A DNA stretch of 64,000 nucleotides from Pocillopora damicornis. Lineage: Eukaryota. Made by a program: the position numbers and the translations under genes. The stretch's first letter is position 1. Each line of letters starts with the position of its first letter. The stretch is taken from assembly GCF_003704095.1 (NCBI RefSeq), contig NW_020846126.1, positions 186,001-250,000 of the forward strand. The letters run 5' to 3'. The notes under the pieces were generated by a model. The model saw nothing but the letters and a program-made list of their open reading frames with translations, searched no databases and was not told where the DNA came from. Positions 1 to 13,419 of this stretch are shown one piece after another.

Positions 1-76
1 TTCTCTTGAATATCTGAGCTTCTTATGCTGGAGGTGTATTTAAAATTCTCTATCCACCCTTCTTGTTGGTTGTTTT

Positions 77-2296
77 TCAGACCGTGAATCTCCTCTGCCT
101 TTTTCTGACCAGCGGTTCATTTACTTGGCATTGCTCATGCGTAGTGTAGTCAACCGTGTAAGCTCTCTTTCTTTGTTTTTCCCGCATGTCGTACCCATTA
201 CTTTTTGGTTTGAACTCCTCCTGCTGCTGATACCGGTTAAACTTTTCAAAGATGATTGGCAAGAAGGGTGTGATGAGTAAAGCTCCAGACACTGAACACA
301 CTCCACCTGTTATCTTACCCCCTGTTAGACAACATCAAGAAATTGTTAGGATTGTCTGTCTGAGTACCAGTCCAGCAGTGTGATAGAGAAAATAAGTGTT
401 ATTTATTGATTACAAAGCCACTCGAATTTCCTGTGATCGTGGAGTTGTCATGGTGAAAATAAGCACGTGAGACCTTACATGGCTTGGTGTATAAGAAGAA
501 ACACATAATCTCCTTAAGCCTTTTACTCCTTTTTCCCCAAAATATCAAAGCATTTTCCAGAAAACAGGTTGTAAAAAAAAGTCTTATTTTGATAAGACAC
601 TAAATATTTTGGATAACTCAAAAGGAAAAGTATGGAATTAGCTAAGGAGAAATCCTTATAAGGTATTTGGATACTTCATGAGCCAATAGCCCTGTAATTA
701 ATCATCATCCCGATGTAAGATAGCGCAAAAGTGAGAGATGCTTGAATTGAAGTAACTATACTCTGAAACCCACGATCAGAAAATTGTAAACAACAGAAAC
801 CATGATGTTTCTGGAATGTTGTTTTGTCTCAAGGACAAAGCCAATCAAGCGCGAGGAAACTAAACCACAATCAGCAAAGTAATTAGTTTGTGGTTTTGGG
901 TTTGATCGCGTGCACTGAACTTTATTAAGATCGACCAGTACACAATTGACCTCTCAGGTTCAAATAAAAGCGTTCACGGTTTGCCGGATCTCAATTTGAT
1001 AAGAAAGTAACCCAAACCACTGAAGAATGTATAGAAAACTAGGCTAAGAAACAGCCCCAGGAGTGATATTTCATTCTTACCTAGTGTTTTAGGAACGATA
1101 TCTCCATAGCCGAGCGTTGTTATGGTAACCATAGCCCACCAACAGCTCACCGGGATACTCTCAAACTTAGTCCCCTCGTGCCACTGTTCACAATAGTAAG
1201 CTATGCTCCCAAAGAGAACAGTTCCAATTATGTTCAGAAATAACATTGTCCAGAGGTCACCAATACTGTCCTTGAAAGTTTTTCCCAGTACTTTCATAGT
1301 AGTAACATAGCGAGATATTTTTAATACTCTAAAAACTCTTGACAAACGGAGAATACGCAAAATGTACAATGAGACGCGAATAGATCCAAAGGATATAAAC
1401 AACGAGATGTAGAATGGAACAATGACTACTAAATCGATGATATTCAAAGCTTGAACAAAAAACTTTCGTTTTTCTGGAGAAACGGAAAATCGTGCAATGA
1501 GTTCCAAAGTAAACCATGAAATACAAGAAGCCTCCAAGATATGAACGATCCCTATTTTTTGTGTCTTTGTGGAATGGTTGCCATAACTCGAGTTCTTTGA
1601 TGTGTTCGATGCAGCATTTGATGCCAAGGTCATGGCTTTGTAGTTCCTGAAGGTAGGGAGAGTATCAACACACAGGATTATAGCTGAACAGACAATAACG
1701 AGTAAAGAGAACAAGTTGACCAGCCTAGCTAGTGCGTTTGAATCTGGAACTTCAAAGATCTTCCATACTTCTCTTTGACACTTTCTTAAAGGCATAACTT
1801 GTCTCTTGGTCAAAGCACTTGGCAAGGCTAATTTTGTCTTTTTGATATCTTCGTTAATGTACTCATATAGCCCAAAAAAGTAAAGCTCATCCGCCAGAAG
1901 CTGTTCTGGAAAGTTTTCATCGGGAAACATCAATCGCCCCTTTGACACGTAGAAATGGAACACGGTTTCGAACGCTGTTCGATTCCTGTCGAAGAACAGT
2001 TCGTCGCGTATAGAATCGTAGAAAAAAGCTCGTTTTCTACAATGCGCCAGTAGACTGTTGGGAAATAGAGATAACAATCTTCCAGTGAAGAAGTATTTCT
2101 TTCCACTGACGTTCACAGTAATTCCATCATTTCGATCACTCACTTTTCTCTTTTTGCTGCTGTATGGTTGGATGATCGGGTGTTTGGAAGGCTCTTCAAA
2201 GCGGTTAAATATATGGGGCTGCGTCAAGCTGACAGCTCTTCGTCCCCTTCGTTTCGGCGCTCTCCTGGGTAATCCTTGTCCGTATAAATGAAGCAT
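77..2296 (-). CDS. Shaker-family (Kv1-like) voltage-gated K+ channel subunit, probably regulatory/silent type; 2 exons (2296-1081, 321-77)
   Basis: T1 domain (INVSG-like VNVSGKKY; FFDRNRTAF), S4 LRILRLSRVFRVLKISR and pore TITTLGYGD. A phase-1 GT-AG intron joins to S6 GGKITGGVCSVSGALLITPFLPIIFEKF. Confidence 0.93.
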
Positions 2297-3822
2297 GTTG
2301 GTGTTTTGATGAGAAACGGTAGACGTGACACAGGTGTTCCGAGTTAGGTAAGACTGATCGTCTTGTATCGTGCGATGTTGTTATTTAAGCTGTTATTCTA
2401 ACAGCGGTGCAGATTTCTAGAATAATTAGTCACGCGACACAGATTTCCGAAGATGACTGATTTTTTTTGACATGATATGTGAATAGATTAAGGATCAAGA
2501 ATTGACTCTTGATAAGAATTGCAGCGAAAAAAAAATTCTGATCAGATTCTAAAAATGCGTGGAAGCGTACTTCAGTGGTAATCGAAAGAGGAGTCAGTAT
2601 CAAGTCTGCACTCCTTCCATTTGGTCATTTTAAAGCGACAGCGGCTCTTAAGATACTAAGTGATTCGTAAACAATATAAATGAAGTAAGCTATTGTTAGG
2701 ATTAATTTTATGGGCGTACAAAACTTAAAAATATTATGAATTAATTTTGCGAAAGAGCATTTCCCTTTTTATGATAACTCAATTACTGAACGGATCCGAT
2801 GAAGATCATTAACCTTTGCAAAAATTAAAAATGTTTCGAGACTCACTACTACTGAAATCGTTCTTAATAACCTTCTAATGCATCACCGACGTTCGATAGA
2901 ATTGTTATCTTTTAAACGTATAAATAACCTCTAACCCGTTCGTTTCACTGTTAAGTCTGTTACCTAATGAAGCACGTTCAAAGATGGCAACTTATAGCAC
3001 CTGATTTATGATCAAGATTTTACGTCCGAGTTTAACTAACTTGTATGCCTTGTCCAGGAAAATCAGGAGTTTGGAATGCAAGTGACTAAAACATGGAAAT
3101 GCGTTTAAGGGCGAGCAACGCACTAATGTTTGATCCCCTGATGGCCAGGAGTGATAAACTGATAAAGTTCAGGACCGGAATGCTTTATTAAAGCTCACAT
3201 TCATTGAAATTGCCTTCTAAATTTATCAGTGTTTTGACGTTGATTGACAGTAATTGTCCACATTTTTATTGCGTAGTAGAGGTTCTAGAATTCTTGATCA
3301 TATCGGAGTAAATAGGATTTTACGTATTACACGTGTTTTCCATAAGAAATTCTATTTCTGTACGTCAGCAAGAACTGAAAGAATCTTAGTATACTGAGTT
3401 TTCGTGCGCAATCAAAAGGTTCGACCCAGTCAAAATTCTGTGGAATTTTCAGCTCGATAATTTCAAGTACCTGTAATTTGGTTAGGATCCGAATTGAAAT
3501 TGACCAAAACGTAGTATACTTTAGAAAACAAAAACCTGTGCACCGCTCAAAAATGTTCAAAATCAATTTTGGTTCTTTCGTTTTATGCCAAATTATAGTC
3601 CATTTTCACACTAATTTATGCGATATATATTTGTTAGAGATTATTACGCTCTTTCTGGCATATGAGCTTGTTATAATAAGGCACCTGTCAAACGTCACTT
3701 AGGCGACATGGAGCAGGTACCCTCATTACCAGCTAAACCTGAGAACGAAACTTCATTCCCTGGTTCTAAATTGATGAGTTCTCCTTTTGCAGGCTGCTCT
3801 TGAATCCTCAGCAAAGTTTCCA

Positions 3823-6800
3823 ATGAAGGAAAATTCAGCCATTTTTAGCGTAATGGTCTTTGGTCTCATTCTCAGCACACTTGGCGATCAAGGTATCAAA
3901 CATGTAATGCCTGCTGTGACGGTATTAACTTCTTGAGGATAAAACTTAGGCTTGTTAGTGACATCTGGTATGATTTGACAGTCTTTTCTTCGGTTTTGAG
4001 GAAGTGCCTTGTACATACGTTCGCGGTCATAAACATTGTCCAAATTATCTTTCAACTTTGTCATAATTGTTAGATCTGATGAATATGTGGACGTTGGAAG
4101 TATGTTCTAGGTTCCCCTTTTTCAATGAATGGATTGGAAATGTACCAAAATTCTGAAAAAGGAACTTGGAACCTTTCGCTTCTTGGACAATTTTGACATC
4201 GCACGCGACATTTGAATTCAAGTGTTGCAAGTGTTGCAAAATATAATTACACCTTATGAAGTTTCGGGCCGTTGGAAAATATCGATTTCCCGAAAAAATG
4301 GAAAGCAGCGTTTTTGCAAGCGGAACAACAACTAATGGAAAACATTATTAAAAATCCGCAGATTGTTCGCTCAGGAAAGGCAACAAGAACGAAAAGATTC
4401 TGCGACGAATCTTGTTTGCAAACTACAGCAAGAACCAGCGTCCTACGACTCCAGTGCATATCTCTCTACACCTGGTTGTTTCCAATCTTGATGAAGTGGT
4501 AAGTGAATCCCGACTGGAATTGGGCCAAAATAACATCAATTAAAGTTCAAATTTGTAAAACACGTCTCCAAATTGCGTCCTTTTGACTCATTGTTCAGCT
4601 TTAAAATGTTAATTTCTAATACCAGTTGCATTAAAAATAAAAACATTTTATTGAGATATTCGGGAAATTGCCAAAGAATTGAATTTCCTCTTTTAAATAT
4701 ATTGACATTAAATCCATTCCTTTCTCAACCTCAACTTTAAGCTTAGTATTTTCATTCTTCATCATGAATTTCAGCCTCCTTAGGAAAAGTTATTTTCAGG
4801 ATTTGCAAACTTAACTAAATTTTGCTGGAACCTTTTCTAATGATTGAACAAGTGAGACTAATCTTTGTTGCCGCTATGTATTTTGAATTAAGGATCCGAA
4901 GAAGGAAGAAATTGGTTTAGCAATTTGGCTTCGAATGGTGAGCATGTCTTGGGAAATATCTTTATAACAAGACACTTAGTGACAAGAGAGGAACTTAAAC
5001 TTAAACGTTTGGTTGAGGGTCCTCATTTGAGAACAACTCAAAGGGACCCGAGTTGGAACTCTTTCCTTCAACAGAATTTTTTTTCTCACGAGGAGGGAAG
5101 AAAGCAGATTTTGCCACAATTTCTATCATTCGATCTGGTTTCGTTGTGATTGTGAGGTGAAAGTCGTCATTAGAGCTTTCTGATGTGTTTTTGTAACGCT
5201 CAGCTTGCAGAATGAGTAAGTGAATGAGTGAATGAATGAGAAAGTTTTTATAAATGATTATTTACGTACATTAAACTCCTTTTTATCAATTTTTCCACTG
5301 TTATCCTTCAATGTAACAGAATTTTGTTGTACCTTACGAAACATACCATGAAGATTAAATAACTTGATATTTAGATTGCAAAATGTCTCCCTAAACTTTC
5401 CTTTCATTTCCAATCTAACTTTAGTTCTGGTTGGATAACCGCTTACGATGGAACGCAACCCAGCACAATATCACATCTCTTACCTTAGATTTCAAGGAGG
5501 TCTGGACCCCAGACATGGTTCTTTATAACGCGTGAGTACAGTTCATAGGCGGTCCTGTGATTTGCCACTGGGGAAACCAGTTGAATCTTTCTTTCCCTAT
5601 TCTTTCCTACTTCGCTTTTGTAGAGTTGGTGCCGTCAGAGATTTTGGTTTATCAAGCGATGACGATCTACCCATGGGCCTTATCGTTAATAGCAGCGGTA
5701 GTATCTTCTTCTCCCAGCCAACGACCATCCGTAGCGCATGCGCGTTAAACGTTGCCGACTTTCCTTTTGACGATCAGACTTGCCAATTGACGTTTGGTTC
5801 ATGGACTATGGACTCCAGCCTTGTGATGCTGGACCTGCGCAAAGAAGGAATCGACATGACGCAATTTGTGAAAAACAGCAAATGGGATGTACTTCAAATA
5901 TCTCCTGAAGTACGCATGCACGACAATTTTCAGGACAACGATTTTTCTCTTGTGGTGTATACCATAATGGTCAGGCGAAAATCACTTTTCTTTATTGTCA
6001 ATTACCTCATTCCATCGGTAGTTATTTTGGCTTTATCCCTGCTACTGTTTCTCATCCCGCCTGAAGTTGGAAAGCGAATGGGTAAGAATTGTTCTCGTCT
6101 TTTGACTTCTGGCATAACAATAGACTTTGAATCAAGTCAAGGGTTGTGTATTATCATAATATCTAACACGGGAAATAGATTCTATCTCCTCTCGGTACTA
6201 ACAGACAGACAAATAACCACGAGAAAAATAACACGCAAACAAACCTGCGAGTCGAGTTACACGCAAAGAAAAATCAAGAATGCGCCTGCAGATATTGCTA
6301 AACGGTCAGGGGTAGCTCCAAACAGAATAGTAATACAATATACTATTCATTATAGAGAATCCTCTTTGAGTTCTTAATAGTGAGGAGTTACTGAAGACTC
6401 CAAACGCTGGCTAGCTTGATAATTTGTACTGAGGAAGAGACTGGATCCCAATTGAAATTGTTTCATAATTAATCCTGTAGTAATAGCGTTATAAAATGTG
6501 TTATTATTATTGTGAACATTAATATTTCAGAGGCCGGTATAAACCTTCTACTGTGCTTATCTGTGTATCTCCTGCTGTTAAACACAAAGATGCCAAACGC
6601 CTCAAAAAATTTCCCTCTGTTGACAAAGTTCTCCGGCTGCGCAATCATAATCCTTGCATTGGCTATGTGTTGCACGTGTTTAGTGTATGCTGTTTATTTC
6701 ATGAACTCATCCGGTGTGGAGTTGCATCATACTTCGCTGTTTATTCTTTTTAAGGTACGAAAAAACCAGTAGCGAAAGAGTGACTTGCATATTCTCAAGG

Positions 6801-8459
6801 ACAATCCGAAATCGTGGACAAAACTGTTGAGACAACTAAGCCGAATGTAGGCTTATTTTCAATTCAAGCACCTTTGTTACCTTTCCTGTCAACTTTCTCT
6901 ATTTCAAGGTTGTCAAAGCGTTTTTTTCTACTTCCATGATGTCGGGTAGTAACAATTTTAGAAGCGGTTTGTTCAGAGGGCTGGTAAATGAATCGTCTCA
7001 ACAGTTTTTTTCTCGCGATTTTTGATGGTGAGGAAAGTTGTTACCCTCCTACTTCAGATTGTCCGAAATTGAAGAGACCAAAATCGGTATTAGCTTCAGT
7101 AGGATCTCTGAGTATTTAAGAAAATTAAAAAACTGCTTTCCAAATTAAAATAAAACCAAGAGCATAAAAATCCACTTAAGTAACTGCCACAATTAAATCG
7201 AGTTATATCTTTTATAGAATTTCATATTACAACGGCTACAACCACTTCTCTTTACCAGTCCCTGCAGACGCTTAAAACGCACACGATCTCGAGCACGATC
7301 AAAGGTTCATCCTTCACAAACAGGTATGCAAATAAGACAAGCTCTCACGCAAAGCTCATATTTTTCACTAAATGATGTATGAAAGAATTTAATTTTCCAC
7401 GTGTCGTCTGAAGAGGATGTTATTTCTAGAAGACACACGACAAACGGAACGCTTATAGATAATTACATTTTATTTTAATTATTTCATAGAAGAGGTAGTT
7501 TCATTTTATTTTCTCCCATCAGTAGACTTAGATTTGACGCCAGATTTCGATGCCAGGAAGGATAAAACTCCCGAGGAATGTCACAAAGATGATGGACAAG
7601 CCCATTCAATTCAAGACCCACCCCTGATAATTACTAGTGATAGTCATGGTACAATTCCCCGGATTTCTGCAGCAGGTCGAGTAGATCAGGAGGGTCGCCT
7701 TACACTGGTTTCAGTTGGTTCTTCTTTCGAATACAGCAGTAGCGTTTCGAGTACTGCCTCTGTCAGGTCAGATGAAAATGTCAAAGCTGTTATGGCTACC
7801 TATAATGAATCAATTGCAGCTGAATTTGTAAGAAGTGAAAGCCTGACCGAAGATTGCAAAAAAGTTTCTTTTGCTTGCGAGAAAAGCGAGTCAAGAAAAG
7901 TTGTCAAACGAAGAGCAACCAAAATACACGACGGTGAGTCAGCAGTAAAACGTACTGAGCACACTCTGGTTTGTTCAGCGGGATCATCTTGGTTCACTCA
8001 GGTATCTTGGGATGAATCATTGGACGACAATGGCAACGATATCGAGGACATTTCAGGCCGTCTACAAGAAGGCGTAGATCAGCTAAGAGGATTTAACAGC
8101 GGTTCAGATACCAAAGATTCTGACATAGGTAAGAAAAGATGCTATTGGACAAGGTGTTGTATATTATATATTCAATAAGTCAGCCCACTAATACTTCAAC
8201 TTAATTAATGACTTACCGGTTAACCATTGACTTTAATATTTTTGTTTTAGATGACATAACCACTGCTATTGATGGTTTGGATTACATTGCTGAGTATTTT
8301 GAAAGAGAAAACACTCAGAGGGCAAATACAGAACAGTGGAAAAGAGCAGCCATGGTTTTAGACAGAGTATTTTTAATCATTTTCTTTACGGCTATTGTAG
8401 TTTCGCTCTTAACTTGTTTGTTGTTGGCTGCAAGAGTCAGGAAGTATTTCATTTCGTAA
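3823..8459 (+). CDS. Nicotinic acetylcholine receptor-like Cys-loop ligand-gated ion channel subunit (non-alpha); exons ~3823-3892, 4362-4498, 4893-4937, 5425-5531, 5624-6081, 6531-6754, 7218-7323, 7522-8128, 8251-8459
   Basis: Signal peptide MKENSAIFSVMVFGLILSTLG, EKILRRILFANYSKNQRP helix, WTPDMVLYN (loop A), Cys-loop CALNVADFPFDDQTC, FGSWT (loop B), RRKSLFFIVNYLIP (M1), M2-M3, and WKRAAMVLDR (M4). There is no vicinal CC in loop C. Splice phases are consistent. Confidence 0.92.
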
Positions 8460-10811
8460 CTTATGACAATTTTGAGATATTGAATGTTTTACATTGCATC
8501 TTACCTTTTTCTCGCCAAATCTCTGTTTTTATCCCAGGTATAGATCACAAATAATGCGAAAGTAGCCATTGTAAAAAATAAAATGTACCGTAAGAAATGT
8601 CTTAGTTATTCCAGGTTCTTTCGGGCAAAGTCTGATGCATTTGGTTCGATTTTGGTCTAATCCATGATCGCTCGACGAAACCCACCTTTTTCTATTGGGA
8701 AGGGAACGCATTCTACACATTCCCTAGAATTATCAATCATTTCAACATTTGGTTATAAGACTTTTTAAATCGGCGAGTCTCTTTTAGGAGAACCATGGCC
8801 TTCTACCATCCTAAACTCCTAAACACCTTTTTCTTAAAACTGAAACTGTGCTAAACTGATTGATGTACGAAAAATGAATAAATAAACTCGCAGTGGATAA
8901 AGAAGGAGAAAAGACCATTAACTGTGAACAGGAGAGAAATAGGATGTCGCTGTCACCGATGAAAAGGTAGCCAATAGTACGTATTTGTTGCACCTCGGCA
9001 TATGTTATCCAAGGCTGTAGCGGACTTATCAGATGGCGATGGTGTTTAATCGCTGCATAGTGTCATCTGTTGTTCACATTGTATAAATTTGTGAACGCTC
9101 AAACTATAAGTGTCAAGGGATGCTCCATGATAAAACAACATGGAAAACCAGAAACCATATAAAAACGTGGACTTTTTTGTTGCCATGTCAACCTGCAGGT
9201 ATTTAAAAGTTTCTTAAACGATTGGCAATTGAATGATATTAAATTAGCTTTATTGGCCTCCTAAAAATTACTAATTATCTGTAATACTAATTGCCTTTTT
9301 CTTTTGATGATAATTTCAAATCATTTCCATTTCATTATCACCCTCAACCTCGTCCTGTCTCACACAGTTTGGCAGTCATTGCGTTTTGCCCTCTGCGACT
9401 TTTAAAAACAACTCAACACTGGTCTTTCCTCTGCCTTGTAACACAGGAAGGTCAAAAAGACTGGATAACAGCTGGTATGTGCAGAGGTACCTCAGTTTTA
9501 AACATTAGTACATCGCTTTATCTTCACTCCGATTCCAAAGATATTCCAGCAATTAGAGAAATATATGCATTTATATCTGAAGTAAAAAATTTGAAAATTT
9601 CCTCAGTATAAATTTTATTGATCATTGTTTCTACTTTTTCCGTTCATGAATGTCTTAAAAAATCACTCTCGGACATTCCATATTCGGGAATCAATTTCAG
9701 TTGGAAATGCCATGATGGTAAAAAATTTTGCTGAAAACGATATTGTGGAGAAATCAACCTGCACCTGGAGGTACGTTAGGTAGATCATTCAACTGAAAAA
9801 AAAATCTGTGCGCACATATGAATTACAAAAACTAAAGAACAACATACAACTTTTTTTTAATTTTTGACATGATCGCTGACCTATATGTAAAAAATCTTAA
9901 GTGACTGTTCGCACGATTTTATTTCTGCTCTGTTTCTAGTGACAGCTTTCTTCGGAACGAAGTAAACAGCTGTGATTTTTGATTTAAGAGATTTGAGAAA
10001 ACAACTTTTAAATAACTTAATCATACGTAACATTGGTAGAAGAGTCGGGCGATGTTTCCGCTAACTCAGTTTTGAAATGATGATAAAAATTCAACCTCCC
10101 TTTCCAGAATAATTTAAGAGTCCTATTAAAGGTGAAAAGAAAACGAAATTCCACCGAAAATATTTTCAACTGAAAAACTGTTCTGACAAAAGAATGGACC
10201 CTTTATTTCTTTTGATACATCCTGTTTCAGGCGAGATAAAATCCATCATAACGACAATCTTATGTCAAAAACATCTTTTTAAATCGTTCCGAAAAACCTG
10301 AGAATTTGAGGGGATTTCCTACAAACGCCGAACATCTGGCGTATTGTTTAGTTTAATAATAAATATCATAACAGCGATGATAATTAAATTTTTATCACGT
10401 TCAAGTCTGTTGTGACCGCTTTTATACAGTTGTTGATCCAGTTTCGTCTTTCTGAGACCATTCGATGCTTTATAGAACAAAATTCAAGCAGAAAGCTCCT
10501 GTGCCAAGTGGCCCTTTTGTTTCCTGTTGACATTCTTTTCAACTCTTTTACCGCCAACACCCCACAATAAAGAATTTGGACATTTTGGTAAACAGAAAAA
10601 TAAAGAAATAAGAGCTATACACGCTGATAATATCAAAAATATTAACGCTTGAGGAGAACAAGCTGAGGGATTAAGGCTTAAGTTTCAAACCCATTAACTT
10701 ATCATTTACCTCTTCGTGCAATAAGGAATGTCATGGTCTTACTTGTGTTCATTCTTTAGATTTCAAGTGCATCCAGCATCAGCAGGTGGCGTGACTTATC
10801 ACCAGCGAATA

Positions 10812-12227
10812 ATGTTCATCGTTTCAAGTACCCTTCAACTTGTACTCGCCAGTGCTCTGGTGTTTTTAGGTGTGAGTGGAAATCTTGCCATTCCCTTTAT
10901 TTCTTATCGTTCAACCCTCAGATGTCCTCACATAACAGTTTTAGCTGCACTCGACTTCACGGCCACACTGCTTGGCCCTGGGCACTTCCTCGTGACTCTT
11001 GTTACAGGCCTGGTTTGGTGGGAACATAATAAGACACTCTGTCAGAGCTTGACGTTTCTAAACTTCTGGGTGCAATTCGCTTGTTTCTTGGTTCTGTTTG
11101 TTCTTGCTCTGTTTTGTCAAAACATTGACCATCAATTTCCTTTATACGGCAAACTGCACGTCAAGAAGAGAGGAATTCTTTTTCTTGTAATTTCCCTCTT
11201 AACAGGGTTACTTTTCAGCATTCCTCCTATTCTGGGGTGGAGCTCATACAATGGTCTCTATTTATTGAATCCTTGCTCCTTGCTCAGCCACGTTCATAAT
11301 TTGTCTTACTACACCATCATCTATCTTGTTTCCTCCCTTATCGTTTTATTCATCACTTTGTCTCTAACTGTGAGAGCAATAAGAAGACGGCGCCGGTTTT
11401 ACCCGCTGCAGCTCCTCTGGGAAAGACACAAATTGGAAACGATGATCAATGATCCTGAAATGACAACTACTGCTTCGTCATCCAAGTCATCGTCCAAGAC
11501 AAGCTTTTCCAGGCGATCGAGTGTGATTTCTGGTAGACTATCGGGTGTAGTTTCCTCTTGTAACAGTCCTTTGCCATTCAGAAAGACTTCTCAGAGATCT
11601 CGCCCAATCGAAGGCAATCTGAATGTTCTACTGGAAATCATTGCTCGGGAAAGGACGCTCAGTGTGCAAGCCGGAAACGTAGGCGAATCAAGTACTACCA
11701 CGGGAGTCTCAGAGCAGGTAATACCTAGTGCCACTACTGGGAGGTCCCTCTCTGGTATCCCTGGGAAGCCGTTTGTCATTTCCTCACAGGTCCCCCATCC
11801 AATGTGGACAGGGAGAAAGAGAATTTTCCATGACCCGCGGTCTCTCCCACCGTTCAAAGGTATAAAGCAACAGAAGTCCTTTTGCAGACTGTTGTTACTC
11901 AGATGTTGCCTCAGCATTTTGTGTTGGTTACCTCTCTGCACCTCGGTTGCACTAAGCCTTTGTTTCACCAACTACCCTCAACAACTAAATACCATCATAA
12001 AATTTGCGATTTATCTTCATTCCTCCATCTCCCCGCTGTTGCCATTGTTTGACGCCAGCTACAGGATGATTTGCCGCCGGGCAGCGATTTTCTGCTTCAA
12101 GCCATGTGCGAGAAAAAATGACACACACGTGGACCTGTCCAGGTCACGTGATGTGGATCCCAGGAATGACGGGGGCCAGGATGTTCGATTACAAGACGTG
12201 GTTCGTCTTGAGGGATCGAAGCTTTAA
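10812..12227 (+). CDS. Orphan rhodopsin-like (class A) GPCR, single coding exon
   Basis: Seven hydrophobic segments, TM1 GN (GVSGNL), TM2 LAALD, Cys at the top of TM3, TM4 PPILGW, TM6 CWLP and a long Ser-rich ICL3. A splice acceptor at ~10760 makes ATG 10812 the likely start rather than 10728. Confidence 0.8.
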   Translation: MFIVSSTLQLVLASALVFLGVSGNLAIPFISYRSTLRCPHITVLAALDFTATLLGPGHFLVTLVTGLVWWEHNKTLCQSLTFLNFWVQFACFLVLFVLALFCQNIDHQFPLYGKLHVKKRGILFLVISLLTGLLFSIPPILGWSSYNGLYLLNPCSLLSHVHNLSYYTIIYLVSSLIVLFITLSLTVRAIRRRRRFYPLQLLWERHKLETMINDPEMTTTASSSKSSSKTSFSRRSSVISGRLSGVVSSCNSPLPFRKTSQRSRPIEGNLNVLLEIIARERTLSVQAGNVGESSTTTGVSEQVIPSATTGRSLSGIPGKPFVISSQVPHPMWTGRKRIFHDPRSLPPFKGIKQQKSFCRLLLLRCCLSILCWLPLCTSVALSLCFTNYPQQLNTIIKFAIYLHSSISPLLPLFDASYRMICRRAAIFCFKPCARKNDTHVDLSRSRDVDPRNDGGQDVRLQDVVRLEGSKL

Positions 12228-13419
12228 ATAGCATTGATTTTAAGCATGGTATTTTTATTAGCTGTTCTTCCCCTGATCCGTCTCTTCGCACATGGCATTT
12301 TCTAGGAATCCCCTCGAAGAACTCTGACGCGAGTACTGAAGAGAGTATAATATACAAACTGATATCTGTAACACACTGATAGCGTTTGCTAAGTTTTTTT
12401 CTTTTTCAGAAAAGTTAGAACTCTGCAATCTTACATTTTTGTTTTGAGAACAGAGACCAGTGGTTAGTAAAAATACTGTAATAGCTTTAAAAAGTGACTG
12501 TAAGAAGGAAAAGGTTTTAGTCTTTAAGTCAAGCTCAAGCTTGTAACTCCAACTTAACGTCAGAAAATGTAGTTGCTGCTGAAACATGATCTGACTCAGT
12601 TTGTTGACGACCAAATAGCCAAGAGAATTGCGAAGGAAATGATAAAATAAATCTTAGGGGAGGGGTAAGGGGGGGAAGGGAGTGTTACTTGTGATCTCGG
12701 GAATCATGAAAACTTCAAACTCCATTAGTGAAAAATGAAATTTTGAAATTTTGGCTGTAGTGGGAATGATTGCTGGTAATTGAGGATCCGGGAAACTAGC
12801 GATGGCCCAGAACTTCATTGGTTTTAAATATGTTAAATCACTTTGAACACCACAGATGTTTTGCGTGATAGAAGCTGAAGTTCAGCGCTAACCAAATCTA
12901 TGCTGCTTCTTAGAGGACGAAAACCTGTTAGAACTTCAATCAACCTAATATATCGAAAATGTCACAAGAACCTGTCACATACATGAACTCTATATTTTCA
13001 TTTATTTCTCGAGGGCCAATCCTTTTTTAATCCTATGTTACATTTTAATTTCCTGGTTACCATCTCCTTTTCTCGTCGCATTGATTCTTATTTTCAATGT
13101 ATGACTGTTGCGATAGCACACAACCTCGTCTCCAATCTCTTTCTTCCTCGGTGATGTCTGAAAACCAGGCCTGAGAACAAATTCGTGAATGTTTGATACT
13201 TGTTTTGGTTTTTACAAAAATTTGTAAAAAAAAAAAAACCTTGGGAAACCTTTTAAACACTTCCTCGAGAAATACAAAAAAAACTTAAGGGAACCCAGGA
13301 TCGTCAGGCGGTCTCTGTGACACATAGCAATTGCAAGACGCTCTGAATTATTCGTGTCTATTTTCAGACACACTCACCTTACTGTGGATACGAGAAATAC
13401 AAAGATGGATACTTTCTGT

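Noticed and set aside
4272-4502. ORF-track 76-aa frame as nAChR exon 2
   Set aside because: The homologous frame is a different one (EKILRRILFANYSKNQRP, 4362-4498), which matches the splice phases.
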